Assembly (NCBI GenBank): GCA_965214835.1
Contig: CBDCCK010000002.1
Location: 2,432,001-2,496,000, forward strand
Direction of reading: 5' to 3'
Length of the DNA stretch: 64,000 nt
Source: Nitrosopumilaceae archaeon
GTDB taxonomy: Archaea > Thermoproteota > Nitrososphaeria > Nitrososphaerales > Nitrosopumilaceae
Shown here: positions 22,909 to 33,827 of the stretch, one piece after another
Position numbering within the stretch: the first letter of the stretch is position 1
How the letters are laid out: each line of letters starts with the position of its first letter
Program-made: the position numbers and the translations under genes
Notes under the pieces: generated by a model
What the model was told of the DNA's origin: nothing
Seen by the model: the letters and a program-made list of their open reading frames with translations, nothing else
Database searches by the model: none

Positions 22909-23038
22909 GGGGTTGTTTCCTAATTCCACCTGCCTGACTCGATCTGTATGTTTTTCTGAATTTTCGCCCTTTTGCACGACTGATCCACGTGGCATCTCAA
23001 CGGTTTTCAGGAATCCTGTCGAATTAGGAAACAACCCC
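22909..23038. mobile_element. 130-bp MITE, family B
   Basis: Perfect 18-bp TIR ggggttgtttcctaattc; 3-bp TSD ggt. Confidence 0.82.
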
Positions 23039-23827
23039 GGTGGGAGGATGCCCTGCACCGCTTGCCGTGACTAGGGGAGCATTTTTGGGGCAGATCTTGC
23101 AAATCAAAACTGCCAGTACTGCCACGCTAACTGTAAGCAGGGCCAATGCGGTTGGATCCTGTAAAACACATGACGGACCAAAGTACACAGAGTCTAGATG
23201 GATTTGGTGTGCCAGAGACGGCGAGCCCGCTCCGGCCAACACCAACCCGCAAAAGCCAAGTGTCAGACAAGGATAAAAAACGTGCCAGTATGTGATGCCG
23301 CACACCGTATTCGAAATCCGCCTCTACGCCATACCAGATTGTGCCCCCATGAGGATTGTCAAATGCATGGCTGCCTCTTCGATCACCATGACCGCCCAAA
23401 AGTACGGTTTCGGTTCCGTGTCTAACCTCGCCCTGCCGGAATTCATGGGGGGTAAGACACCAATGCATGTAAAACGGGCTTGATAAGGGCGGCAAGGATG
23501 GGCAAATGGCTGACGCAGATGCTGCGCCAGTCCTGCACGCCCCAATAGTACGAGGCTAAAGAAATCAAGCGTACAGTGTGTAACAGGCTATGGAATGTTT
23601 GTTTTTAAAAATGAAAAATTATTAGACCTTATGCGTAATCGGCCTGAATGAGATGAATTTGTTCGTAGTAATCCTGGTTCTGAACCGATTACGCAAAGTC
23701 TATTGCAACAAAATCTGGTAATTACCTTGAGACCTTTAACAACTTGATGAGTTGGAGAAAAAACCAGTTTCCAGAGGCGTTCCACATCAAGTAGGTTTAA
23801 GTGAACCATGTCAGTTTAGGAATCAGA

Positions 23828-24310
23828 TTGAACAAGAAAATCGCCCTACCTGTGGGAGCCGGCATTGCCGTGTTATCATTTGCGCTTTTAGTTTGGACTG
23901 GGGTTTCTTATTCTCCTAACGGCGTCCTGGGTGATGCCCGAGATTACGAGGTAAAGTCAGTTGTTCGAGACACCATTAGCATGTATGATTCTGATAAGGA
24001 AAACGCGTTTGAAAGTATTAATTCTGGGGCCGGTCTTAGAATAGATTCAAAATACCCCTTTGTCTTGGATCCTATCACTGCCACAATTGTTGCACATGGC
24101 TCTAATCCCGGCATTGTGGGAAACCCTTCCAAAAGCCTTACTGATGGCGACAGACCACTGAATGAAATTTTGACTGATTTGGAAAATAACGACGGCACTT
24201 GGGTGGAATACACATTTGAAAATCCTGAAACCGGTCAGGAACAACTCAAGCGTTCATGGCTGTACCTGCACGACGGCCATATTTTCGGTTCTGGCTATTA
24301 TCTGCCCTGA
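23828..24310 (+). CDS. Membrane-anchored single Cache-domain protein
   Basis: TM helix, YPFVLD..IVAHG, GTWVEYTFENPETGQEQLKRSW, IFGSGYY. Confidence 0.85.
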   Translation: MNKKIALPVGAGIAVLSFALLVWTGVSYSPNGVLGDARDYEVKSVVRDTISMYDSDKENAFESINSGAGLRIDSKYPFVLDPITATIVAHGSNPGIVGNPSKSLTDGDRPLNEILTDLENNDGTWVEYTFENPETGQEQLKRSWLYLHDGHIFGSGYYLP

Positions 24311-24333
24311 CTGTGTTTTATTGTTTGGTAATA

Positions 24334-24360
24334 TAGCAACGAGAAGTCTTTGAGTCAAGA
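24334..24360 (+). mobile_element. Orphan IS630 left-end remnant
   Basis: tagcaacgagaagtctttgag resembles the end at 26150. Confidence 0.55.
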
Positions 24361-24591
24361 GAAGCCCCAGCTCCTAGATATGGGCGGCATGGTAGTACTT
24401 GTACTCTTTGCGCCCCTTGTGTTTGGTCATTGGAGAGCCTACACCCGTTCTGATCAATACGGGGGAGAATTTAGAAAATTAGGATAATTACCGAATCAGG
24501 AAACGGTGTCCCATCCAGACGGCGCCTCATGGTTTTCAGGAATTTTGATGAATCAGGCGACAACCCCGTTACAAGGTTAATTATAGAAGGA

Positions 24592-24897
24592 ATGGCAGCC
24601 TGTGTCATGGGCGACGGAATAGGCGGTCCGGTGATCTCCTGTCTTTCAGGCAACTCCTTTGAGATGTCGGTAACGCACTATCGAAAGGACAACCGGGAGC
24701 AGTATGACAGGGTTGAGAAGATCGTAATTGCCAAGGTCGATAATCCCGACAGCCCCCAGTACAGGGAGACCTCGCCGGAGGAGCTGCAGAGGGCGCTGAA
24801 GGGGAGGTTTGTCACCTGCAACGTGCAGTACAGGGATGAAGGAACCGATGCCCTGGTATGCAACGTCTTCGTACAGAATCCCCCGGAGGGGTTCTAG
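24592..24897 (+). CDS. Hypothetical protein, possibly thermonuclease-like OB fold
   Basis: 101-aa ORF; weak by-eye resemblance only (VDNPD..LKGRFVTC..RD..LVCNV). Confidence 0.45.
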   Translation: MAACVMGDGIGGPVISCLSGNSFEMSVTHYRKDNREQYDRVEKIVIAKVDNPDSPQYRETSPEELQRALKGRFVTCNVQYRDEGTDALVCNVFVQNPPEGF

Positions 24898-24910
24898 GCG
24901 GCAGGCCGGA

Positions 24911-25639
24911 TCATTGCGGTATGCAGACTGGTGACGCAGGGCTTGCAAAGCCATGATGTACATGCAAACCACTGATCGCGGCCGCCTGTGGCACTCCTAC
25001 TGAGGCATCAAGCAGTCTCAGTACTGCCCTGTCGTATATGGGAACAGTGTTGCATGTTCCGTATAAGGCAGTCTTGAGAATCAGGTGGTTTCCTACCTTT
25101 CTTTCGGTTGTCTTGTCGTATATTCGAAACAGGGCAAATGCGTACGGCTCCTGATCCCACCTGACCATGCTGTATGGACCGCCTCCCACAACGGGGTTCC
25201 TGCTCCGTCCACAGCATGTGAGATTTGCCTCCTCCATCAGGCGCCTCATTGCAAGCAGTTTTTGTTCGTGTGATTCGTCCGTATTGAGGACGACTCTGCC
25301 CAGTGCGCGCGACTCGTATTCGTTATAATCCATGCTCATGCGCGCTTCCCTGAGACTTCTTCCAATGTCCTTAGAATCAATCTCCTCGTCCTCTGACAGG
25401 GTGTAGCTTTCCTTCCCCACCATCCTGGTTATGTCACTGATCTTGGTTTCCAGCTTTCCAAGGAGGCTCAGGAACGCCTCCAGATCGATGTCCGGTGCAA
25501 TGTTGAAGACAGACGTGCGGTCTGTGCTGCCTATCCTGTCCACCCTACCTACCCTTTGAACCAGCCGCATCGGGTTCCATGGAAGGTCGTAGTTGACTAT
25601 GACTGAGCAGTCCTGCAGGTTGACGCCTTCCGCAGTCAA
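24911..25639 (-). pseudogene. SNF2-type helicase C-terminal fragment
   Basis: AEGVNLQ..VNYDLPWNPMRLVQRVGRVDRIG; N-terminal ATPase part missing. Confidence 0.85.
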
Positions 25640-25909
25640 CTCATAAAAAAAACGGATTGTTTTGACGGTTGTTTTTGGCCCAAAGATCTAAGATCAGGCA
25701 GACCATACGCACATGCACTGGAAAACAGACAGAATTCGTAGCATCAAAGGGTAAATTCCTGTCATGCAAAGCATCCACACCTCCGCAAGGCGTACAGGGA
25801 GAACCCACAAGGGAGAACGCGACAGGCTGCTGCGGTCAATTCGGGCATGTGGAGTTTGATATACTGCCGCGCAAGACCCGACAGTGCAGGACACGACAGG
25901 CTGCTGCGG

Positions 25910-26147
25910 TCAGCCCGTCAGGTATTGGAACAGCTTTATCGGAAGGAGCTCGCGCCTGGCAAGCAGCTTCCGCACTGACCGCTCCATGTCATCAAGCGTC
26001 TTGAACATCCTGGCAGACAGCCTCCGCTTTATCTCCCTGTACCGTATCTCGACGGGGTTGAGCTCCGGCGTGTACGGAAGCAGATATTCCAGCATTATCT
26101 GGCCGTCGTACTTTTCCAGCGTCTCCTTTACGCCACCGGACTTGTGG
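25910..26147 (-). pseudogene. IS630-family transposase C-terminal fragment
   Basis: HKS..LLPYTPELNPVE motif, cut at the TA where the next IS630 starts. Confidence 0.82.
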
Positions 26148-26149
26148 TA

Positions 26150-27254
26150 TAGCAACGAGTAGAAGTCTTTGAGCCAAAACAGGGTTCATTCGAAGAGTGC
26201 AATGATCGCATAACCGGCAAGTGGGCATGGCAAAAGAAACAGACAGCCTGTCAGAGGCCATGCGCAAAGAAAAGGATGTCAAAGTCTACAAAAAGATCAT
26301 GGCGTTGATGTTTGTGCTAGAAGACGATGTGGGCGTGCCCGAGACCGCAAGAAGGGTTCCGGTGCAGTGAGAATTCCGTGCGCAACTGGCTGGCGAGGTT
26401 CTCGGAGGACGGCATAGACGGCCTCCGGGATCTTCCCCGTTCCGGATGCAGGCCAAGGGTGGACAGAAAAAAAATTGCCGCCATAATGGACTTGTCCATT
26501 GAATACAACAGTACCGACGTCATGACGGTGCGTGATGACATAAGGGATGCCACCGGGATAGAATACAGCATAGAACATGTCCGAAGACTGATGCGCCAGT
26601 ACGGCCTGTCGCGTCGCAAGGTGCAAAACGTACATGTCAACCATGCCGCCCCAAGCTCGGTATACGCATGGCAGTGGTATCTTGAAGACGTGCGTATTCC
26701 GTGCCTGAAAAGAGAGGGTTTTACGCTGGTGTCATCTGATGAGGCGTTCTTCGTGCAGGGCGCATACGACAGATACGTATGGGGTTCGGTCGGCACCAGA
26801 AGCGTGGCCTCGTATTCGGGGGATCGCACAAGGGTGGCCGTGTTTGGAGGCATCGCAGAGGACGGCAGGAAGCTGTTCAGGACGTTTACGGGATCGTTTA
26901 CGTCGGTGCAGTTCATACAATGTCTGGAGGCGCTGCGCAAAGTCTGGCAAGGTTGCAGTCTTTTGCGACAGGTGGAGCGTGCACAGATCTGCTGCCGTCG
27001 CAGAATATCTGGCGGGCTATCCCGACGTCAGGCTGATAATGCTCCCAAAGGGATCGCCGTACCTCAATGTCGTGGAAGAGTGCTGGAACCTGGGCAAGCC
27101 TGTCGTTTTCAGGGGGATAGTGTACAGAAGGATCAGCAAGCTGCGGCATGCCATATCCGAATATTACAGGACGGTGTCGTTTGCCCACCTTTGCATGTAC
27201 AAGTACATCTACAGATCGCCGGTCAAGGCCCTCAATTACTTGTGACCGTTGCTA
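26150..27254 (+). mobile_element. IS630-family element, frameshifted transposase
   Basis: TAGCAAC...GTTGCTA ends with TA on both sides; close paralog of 60971-62076; two frameshifts. Confidence 0.88.
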
Positions 27255-27256
27255 TA

Positions 27257-27409
27257 CAAGAGTTTCTGCTTGGCCAAAACGTCCCTGGGTTTTTTGTCAG
27301 TTTGTCAATCAAACACATGACTCGTACTGGGTCTTGCCCAGTATTTTGATCCGTCAGGTACGGATTTGCGCGCAAACGGGTCAAAACCTGCCGATTAAGA
27401 ATCGCTTCT
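27257..27409 (-). mobile_element. Truncated end of an IS5 element like 28652-29742
   Basis: Similar to about 29600-29742, including the transposase start and attaagaatcgcttct TIR. Confidence 0.75.
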
Positions 27410-27539
27410 CTGCATGGTGGCGGCTAGGCTCGTGAACACACGTGGGCATGGATTATGCAGCAAGGCGCCTTTTGGAGATCAAAGACCATCAGTCGTCACC
27501 ATACCGCCCCCGCTTGAGCGAGCCACAGGCGCCGCCGCA

Positions 27540-28426
27540 CTACCGAAAGTTCTTCCAGGGAAGCCTGCAGTCCAGGATCCTCTCCGTCTCAGACACGTCG
27601 TCCCGGAGAAAGTCCTGCAGTCGGCACCTGTCTGACGGGCTCATCTGCGGTTTTGGCCTTCTTTGTCCTAGGATTCTTTCGGCAGCAAACGTCCTGATGG
27701 GGGACGGGATGCGCGTCCGGGCTGATGGCGGTATGAGATCTATGGCTTTGACCAGTGCATGAAAGCGGTGGACATGAAAGCTGTTGTGGGCCCTGAGAAC
27801 GAACGAGTCAGTGTCGGCAGTACACCCCCCCCCACAAAGTCCAGCAGGCCGGCCACCGTGTCCCTCGGGTTTTCGACCAGATCCTCGAGGAGCATCACCT
27901 TGACGTTCTGTCTCCCAAATACCGAAATCCACATGGACAGGGGTTCAGAGTAATAATACTTGTTTGACTTTCTGAGATCCAGCAGATCGCGGTCGTTGTC
28001 GATGTCGTTGCGGCATATGTCGCCATAGTCGTCGTCAATGAAACGGTCAACCGTTTGGGTAAAAGTGATGGCAGTCCTTTTCCATGTCAGGGCCTCAAAC
28101 AGGAACCGTGAAAACAGCCGCTCGACGGGATCTCGCAGGGTGATCAGGATTTTTGCGTCAGGCCTGACTTCGCGGATCCGCCGGCACGCGGTACTGTTAA
28201 AGTAATATTGCGAGGGGTCAACAACCACCCTCTCGTCTCTGACGCCCCTGTAATACGAAAGGTACTGCCTCTTGGTGATGTGGCGCGTAAAGTAGCTCGT
28301 AACCTTCACGGAAGGAACGTACATTCCACGGATCCCCCTCAGAATGTGGTACATCGTAGTTGTCCCTGTTTTTTCTGGGCCGACATAGAAGAGATTGGGC
28401 CACCTCACGGCGTCAGTCTTGTGCAT
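27540..28426 (-). pseudogene. Sulfotransferase, frameshifted at a G9 tract
   Basis: PNLFYVGPEKTGTT and LRDPVERLFS PAPS-binding motifs; C-terminus continues in another frame after 27825-27833. Confidence 0.8.
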
Positions 28427-28651
28427 CAGATAGCCTCTTGATCAGTCAAGTAAAATATGTGTTGGTTGGGACAAAATCCCGGATCTATTGTACAGAAATT
28501 AGGTCGCACTGATTTGAGGAGGATTGCAAGGGATGCTTTGGGCTTTACCGATCAAGACCGATGGTTGCAAGGCTCAATGCACGACAGATCAGATACGCAG
28601 CAACGCAGTGTGCCGGGAGACGAAGGCCCTTTGAGGTGGTCCCGAAGACAG

Positions 28652-29742
28652 AGAAGCAATCCGTAATTAAATTACGAGTGGCAGGTTGCAGTTGTTTTCT
28701 GCCGTGTTTTTCAGGCCACAGCGGCTATCCGTTCCAGTATCCTCAGGTTGACCAGCCCGCACACGATACTGTTGGCCAGATCGTACTTTCTGAGCCTGTT
28801 TCTGTACTTGTAGCTCATTATCTTGAATGTCTTGACCCTGCGTATGCCATTCTCCACGTACACCCGTATCTTTGAGTGTGTTCTGTTGTACTCTTTTTCA
28901 TCGTCGGTCAGCTTGCCGCCAGGACTCTTCTTGATTGGAAGTATAACCTTCGTCCCTGCATCGATGTGCTGCGCACCCTGGTATCCGCGATCCATATAGT
29001 GCCGCAGCTCCTCGCCGTCCTCCTCACCGCTCCAGAACGTGGGATGCTTCATCTGGTATATCTTGACGTCGTTTACGCGCCCCGGCGAGTGCGGGGTCTT
29101 GTGCACTATGGCACCGTGTATGTTGACCGTATACTGGACCTTGGCCGTGTGCGTGCCTGCCTTGCCCGAATAGTGCGACTTTTCCATGTCCTTTCTCTTG
29201 GGCCTGTTTGTGGGCTGCTCGGAGGCGTCAGTCAGGCACACCATCCCCGGGAAGATCTCGGCCAGCTCCTCGACTGAGGAGATCCTCTTGGAGTCCTTGT
29301 AAATCTTCTCGGGGATCGGCAGGCATTGTTTTAGCAGGGGCTCAGTCAGGCTTATGGAGCGCGAGACCGACGCCTGTCCTATACCGAACATGGCGCCAGC
29401 CACCTGGGAGACGTACGTCCTGTAGTAGAACAAGACCAGCAGTACGCGGTTCCTCAGATCCAGGTAGCAAGACCAAAGGGCTCTGCCTGCGCCTATATCC
29501 CGCACACGGTCGGGCCTTGAGAGCCTCTTCTTCTCGGTATCTGGAAATTTCTTTTGCACCTCGGTACACAGCTGGTCAAACTCTGCCTCGGTCATCCCTG
29601 CAAACATCCGGAACGTCCGTGGGTTTTTTGTCAGTCTATCGATCAAACACATGATTTGTACATGGTTTTACAGGTATTTTGATCCGTCAGGCATAGATTA
29701 GTGCCCAAGTGGGTCAAAATCTGCTAATTAAGAATCGCTTCT
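28652..29742 (-). mobile_element. IS5-family (ISL2-like) insertion sequence
   Basis: TIRs AGAAGCAATCCGTAATTA / AGAAGCGATTCTTAATTA; 3-bp TSD CAG. Confidence 0.88.
28711..29652 (-). CDS. IS5-family transposase
   Basis: LTDASEQ, YSGKAGTH, PGRVND, MDRGYQG, RVYVENGIRRVK. Confidence 0.88.
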   Translation of the reverse strand: MCLIDRLTKNPRTFRMFAGMTEAEFDQLCTEVQKKFPDTEKKRLSRPDRVRDIGAGRALWSCYLDLRNRVLLVLFYYRTYVSQVAGAMFGIGQASVSRSISLTEPLLKQCLPIPEKIYKDSKRISSVEELAEIFPGMVCLTDASEQPTNRPKRKDMEKSHYSGKAGTHTAKVQYTVNIHGAIVHKTPHSPGRVNDVKIYQMKHPTFWSGEEDGEELRHYMDRGYQGAQHIDAGTKVILPIKKSPGGKLTDDEKEYNRTHSKIRVYVENGIRRVKTFKIMSYKYRNRLRKYDLANSIVCGLVNLRILERIAAVA

Positions 29743-29745
29743 CAG

Positions 29746-29950
29746 GAATCCTGTCCTGCGTGTGCTTTTGTTTTACATGTCGCTTGCAGTATGCAACATA
29801 TGGCTGACAATGAGGGACTCGGGAGACCCAAAGACCCGCGTCATGGCGCTGCTGACTCTGATGTATGCCGTGGTCCTGTATTCGTGCTGCCTCCGTGCGC
29901 CGGATGCCGACAGGATCGGGGTGGGGCGACGGCGGCATGATCCCGGCTAG
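29746..29950 (+). pseudogene. ISH3-like transposase C-terminal remnant (rest at about 28560-28648)
   Basis: NPVLRVLLFYMSLAVCNIW resembles SPVVRLLLFYMSVILYNLW of the 10027 transposase. Confidence 0.6.
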
Positions 29951-29971
29951 ACGGATTTATGGGGTACATTT

Positions 29972-30373
29972 TCAACTACTGGATACGTTCTCCCCGGATG
30001 TCAGCAGCGCCGATGCGGCGTTCCTGTACTGCCCAAACATGCCTGCCACGTCCGCCCAGCTGTCATCGAACATGGGCGACAGCGGCGGTATCTCGATGTC
30101 TGACATGCTTCCCCCACGCTTTAGGAAGTGGATGTTTTCCTCAAGGCGGTCGAGGGCCTCGAAGACTGCCGCATCCTCTGCCGTGCAGTGAAACAGCACG
30201 CGGTTCAGCTCGTTTTGCACCTCGCTTGTAAGAAGCCTGTTTTTTCCCGCAACGTTTACGGTGTTTCCGGTCAGAACCGTCTGTGACTCAAAGTACATTA
30301 TTACCAGGAAGCTCGCTATGATCAGGATGACCTAGAGAAAAACCACGACTGCAATCTTGTGTACCAGCTCCAT
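29972..30373 (-). pseudogene. Truncated sensor protein with NarX/PilJ-like extracellular domain
   Basis: TM helix broken by TAG at 30332-30334, then VNVAGKNRLLT P-box-like motif; no signalling domain. Confidence 0.6.
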
Positions 30374-30518
30374 CCCGTTTCGTAACACGTTCTGGGAAAT
30401 AAGGCTTCTTTGCTTTATCCTGCGTGGGCAGATCCCGGATCCTTGCTCGTTTCGTGCGCAAAAGGCATACCGCAAGCCGATATCAATTGCTATATAACAA
30501 AGGCGCGTAGGGCATACA

Positions 30519-31286
30519 ATGACTGCAAAAAATACAAAGGCATTTTTGTTTTCCTCATTTGTTGCCGCGCTTATGATCAAATCGCTAAACGATGTTGGAT
30601 TTGCATATGTAGGTGAGGAAGCTGAAAAATACGAGCCTGTGGAGGTATCCGAGGCAATACAGCGCATAACACCATATGTAATACTAGATGAGACCGGGTT
30701 GGTGAAATTCACTGTGGAAAAGAAGGACATCCCACTACATCCGCATGCAATACTTGTTGCGTCTGACTATATCGACATGCAGAACTCCTACCGTAGCCAA
30801 ACCCAAGAAAATCCGAATGAAAAACCAGAGATAGATGATGAACTCAAAGAAAAGTTCTCGAAATTCATAGGAGACATACAAGAAAAAAAATCAAGATCCA
30901 GTGATCCTGGCAATAATGCGCGATCACTAGATCTCATTTTGCCGCAAGCCTTTGCTGTGGGCGAAGTGTGTGGCGGCGCCCCTTGGAATCCCCAGCCAGA
31001 ACCTCCGGTCACTTCCAAATATGCAAGTTCGGGGGCCGTGAATCATCTCCTGAACAACGGATACCACCAGGTTCCGTTTTATGCATCGGGAAACTATGGT
31101 GACGATTATGCAAAAAACACGTCGGCATTTGGATGTAATAACGGTGAGCTCCGCACGCAGGGGCTAGTCACATCTGCTAACTACTATAACCACCAAAGCC
31201 CGGAACCAAACCCCGAGATCCTGTCTTATACTGCGCCGGTTTGGTGGTGGGATGGTTACGTACTTGTGTGGCACGTTGACAACTAA
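30519..31286 (+). CDS. Putative secreted protein
   Basis: Signal-like N-terminus; C-terminal domain with two Cys, PEPNPE and a Trp-rich end. Confidence 0.75.
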   Translation: MTAKNTKAFLFSSFVAALMIKSLNDVGFAYVGEEAEKYEPVEVSEAIQRITPYVILDETGLVKFTVEKKDIPLHPHAILVASDYIDMQNSYRSQTQENPNEKPEIDDELKEKFSKFIGDIQEKKSRSSDPGNNARSLDLILPQAFAVGEVCGGAPWNPQPEPPVTSKYASSGAVNHLLNNGYHQVPFYASGNYGDDYAKNTSAFGCNNGELRTQGLVTSANYYNHQSPEPNPEILSYTAPVWWWDGYVLVWHVDN

Positions 31287-31578
31287 CCCCTCTTTTTTAT
31301 CCAAATTTATAACAGTCATAAACGGGCTGGCTGTAGGAGCTTTTCTATATGTTGTCATCATTGGCAGCATTATGGGATTTGTTTTAGATCCTGTGGATCC
31401 TGCGGATCTGCTGCAAAACTTTTACAACCCCGTTATCTTGGTCTCAAGTGCGTTCTTGCTACTTAGCGTTGTTATTTTTCCATTTGTCATCCCGCTATGG
31501 AAGAGCAAGATCAACAGGATATTGTCCTGGTGTACGACAGGCGGCTTTTTGATATGGATGTCTCTTTTTTTGTTTTAG
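31276..31578 (+). CDS. Small multi-pass membrane protein
   Basis: Three hydrophobic segments; overlaps the upstream stop. Confidence 0.65.
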   Translation: MTTNPSFLSKFITVINGLAVGAFLYVVIIGSIMGFVLDPVDPADLLQNFYNPVILVSSAFLLLSVVIFPFVIPLWKSKINRILSWCTTGGFLIWMSLFLF

Positions 31579-32301
31579 ACGCCCAGTCTTCCTCCTTGTC
31601 CGTCCGCTTGAAATCCATGACGCCGGTCACCACGAACCTGGACGGCCTCGTGCTGCACTGCGGCAAGACTGCCGACGGAAACGTCAACGACAAGGGCATG
31701 ATGAACGCGGGAGGCGGCCCTGACTTTGGAAGGCACACCAGGGCAATGAAGAACGCAGCAAACGCAGCCGACCCGCAAAAGGCGTTTGTGATTTACAGCG
31801 ACCTGGGCTTTGAGGGCATCCAGAAGACGCTCCCGGACGCCATACACAGGCAGCCTCCCAAGAAGCCCAGAGACGGGGAGCTGACCGCGATGCAGGAGAG
31901 GCGCCGCAAGCAGATCAGCAGGGTCCGCGTCAAGGTGGAGCACCACATAGGGAAGCTCAAGAAATATGCCATCCTGACCACGCCGTTTGGCGGAACCGCC
32001 GGGGATCTAAACTATTTCATGCAGATAATTACGGGTCTTGAGAACCTCAAGACTATACTGAAAAAGAAAAAGCGCTACGGCCACCTGCTTGAAATATAAC
32101 GTACGGCGGCACGAGCCGCCTTTCTTATGACTTGACAACAGGACACATCACCGTGCTATATGGTTGCGCACGTCTTTTTGACACGGGCCGATTCTTGCGC
32201 ACGTCATGGCATGTCCGCATGCGGTAGCTTGATCTGATCGATACATCCACGCCCGGAAAACCCCGCGGAGTTTTTAATCCCGGTCGATTACGCATAAAGT
32301 C
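31577..32301 (+). mobile_element. IS5-family (ISL2-like) 3' remnant
   Basis: GNVND, SDLGFEG, RVRVKVEHHIGKLK; end gattacgcataaagtc like the 14546 TIR. Confidence 0.78.
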
Positions 32302-32770
32302 TACTGTACGATAGGAAGATCAAGAGGGTGACAGAACTGGTGGGAACGGCATAGGATTGCCACCTTCCATCCCCCACCCACCCAATGATCGGCCGCACCC
32401 TGGTAGGTGCGACAGGACTGGCTCGTGCGTATTGCTAGCATTAGCTATAAAGCACGGCCCGGCCGACTAGGCACGGATCAGAAGACGAAAGGAATGTTGC
32501 CATGTTACTGGCGGGCGTTTTTACCATGGATGCATAACCATGCCTGAGATTTGGAGCTTGGCCAAAAATCACCAAGATGATCAACGGATCATCCGGGTGG
32601 CAAAAATCGGACAAACCCCCAGTTTGATCGCTGTTTTTTTATTTATCTGCAAACGTACAAAAAGTATTGATGCTTGATAAATGTTCTACACTCATCGTTC
32701 TTGCAATGATGCTTGAAGTATTCAAAATATTCAGTACTTGGGAAAACATTGCCGAGGGGTTAAACATACA

Positions 32771-33028
32771 TTGAAACTTTCTTCCACATTTTTTGTAATC
32801 ACAAGCTTGGCGCTGTCGCTTGTTTTTTTTATCACATTCATAATAAATGTACAGCACACGCCAGAAGTTTGCTTCCATTCAGCATGGTACCCGGAGATCG
32901 ATCGCAGCAACTGCTGGAAACACGTCCCGCTTAACGTTATGCTGTTTTTAGTTCTGCCAGGATATGGTATTTTTGCCCTAGTCGTCTGGATCAGGCATAG
33001 GATTAAAAAACCCAGAGAAATCATTTGA
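32771..33028 (+). CDS. Small two-TM hypothetical protein
   Basis: Two hydrophobic helices around a loop with two Cys; AT-rich. Confidence 0.5.
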   Translation: MKLSSTFFVITSLALSLVFFITFIINVQHTPEVCFHSAWYPEIDRSNCWKHVPLNVMLFLVLPGYGIFALVVWIRHRIKKPREII

Positions 33029-33155
33029 TGTGAGTTGTCCACTGCCAAGCTCGGTGGTGTCTAGCCCACCCTGTCTGATGTTATACTGCATACAAGACGG
33101 CGGCCATGTGCCACTTGATGTATTTCCTCTGAGGCCTGCCTTTCTGATCCTATTG

Positions 33156-33266
33156 GTAGCAGCTCGTGCTCTGGAAGTTCAGGCATGAATTTTGCCACCA
33201 AAAAGGGCTGTTCAAACAGAATTTGTGCCTAAAATCAGAAACAGATTCCAGAGTCCGATCAGCTAC
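33156..33266. mobile_element. 111-bp MITE, family A copy 3
   Basis: gtagc...gctac ends; 8-bp TSD tcctattg at 33148-33155 and 33267-33274. Confidence 0.83.
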
Positions 33267-33425
33267 TCCTATTGGTCTTTTTTGCGCCAGATTTGTGCGG
33301 TATCCACCAGCTCCATAAGTTAACGCCAGAAACCCCTAGATTAACACCCTGCCGAAAAACCCCGGAGATTTACCAGAGTAGCCGTACGGAATGGTTTTTA
33401 ATTAAATCAGATCTGGGAATAGCTG

Positions 33426-33827
33426 ATGTCAGACGCGCCTCCTGAGGACACATTTGAGATAACGCACGAGGCAAGGCTGCTTGACTTTCAGGGGGAAAAG
33501 CTGTGCTGCATAATAGACAGCAGGGCAGAGACAAGGCAGGCGTGCGAGAGCTTTGTAAGCGACGGGTTTGACTACAACCTAAAGGGAGTCATACTGAGAA
33601 GGCCGGACGGCCACCAGATGGGGTGCAGGTTCGTCATAAAAAACGACGTGCATGCGCTAGACTGCAGGTGTGCGCCCCCAAACGAATGGATATCCGAGCT
33701 AAGAAAGGCAAGGCGGCTGGGAATAGCAGACTCTGCCGGCACCGCGATGGTGGTCTGCGACGACCTGTGGACCGGCGATATCGAGGGGGTCCTGAGGGTG
33801 TTTTACTCTGCAGGCCGGGGCAGGTAG
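33426..33827 (+). CDS. Hypothetical protein
   Basis: 133-aa ORF with an AT-rich TATA-like box upstream. Confidence 0.65.
   Translation: MSDAPPEDTFEITHEARLLDFQGEKLCCIIDSRAETRQACESFVSDGFDYNLKGVILRRPDGHQMGCRFVIKNDVHALDCRCAPPNEWISELRKARRLGIADSAGTAMVVCDDLWTGDIEGVLRVFYSAGRGR

Noticed and set aside
22846-23058. 70-aa N-terminal extension on the nitroreductase in the ORF track
   Set aside because: It is an open frame through the MITE; the family-typical start is at 22845.
23060-23800. Possible transposase remnants and IS ends
   Set aside because: Apart from one gaccttatgcgtaa end near 23625, no convincing motif to support a call.
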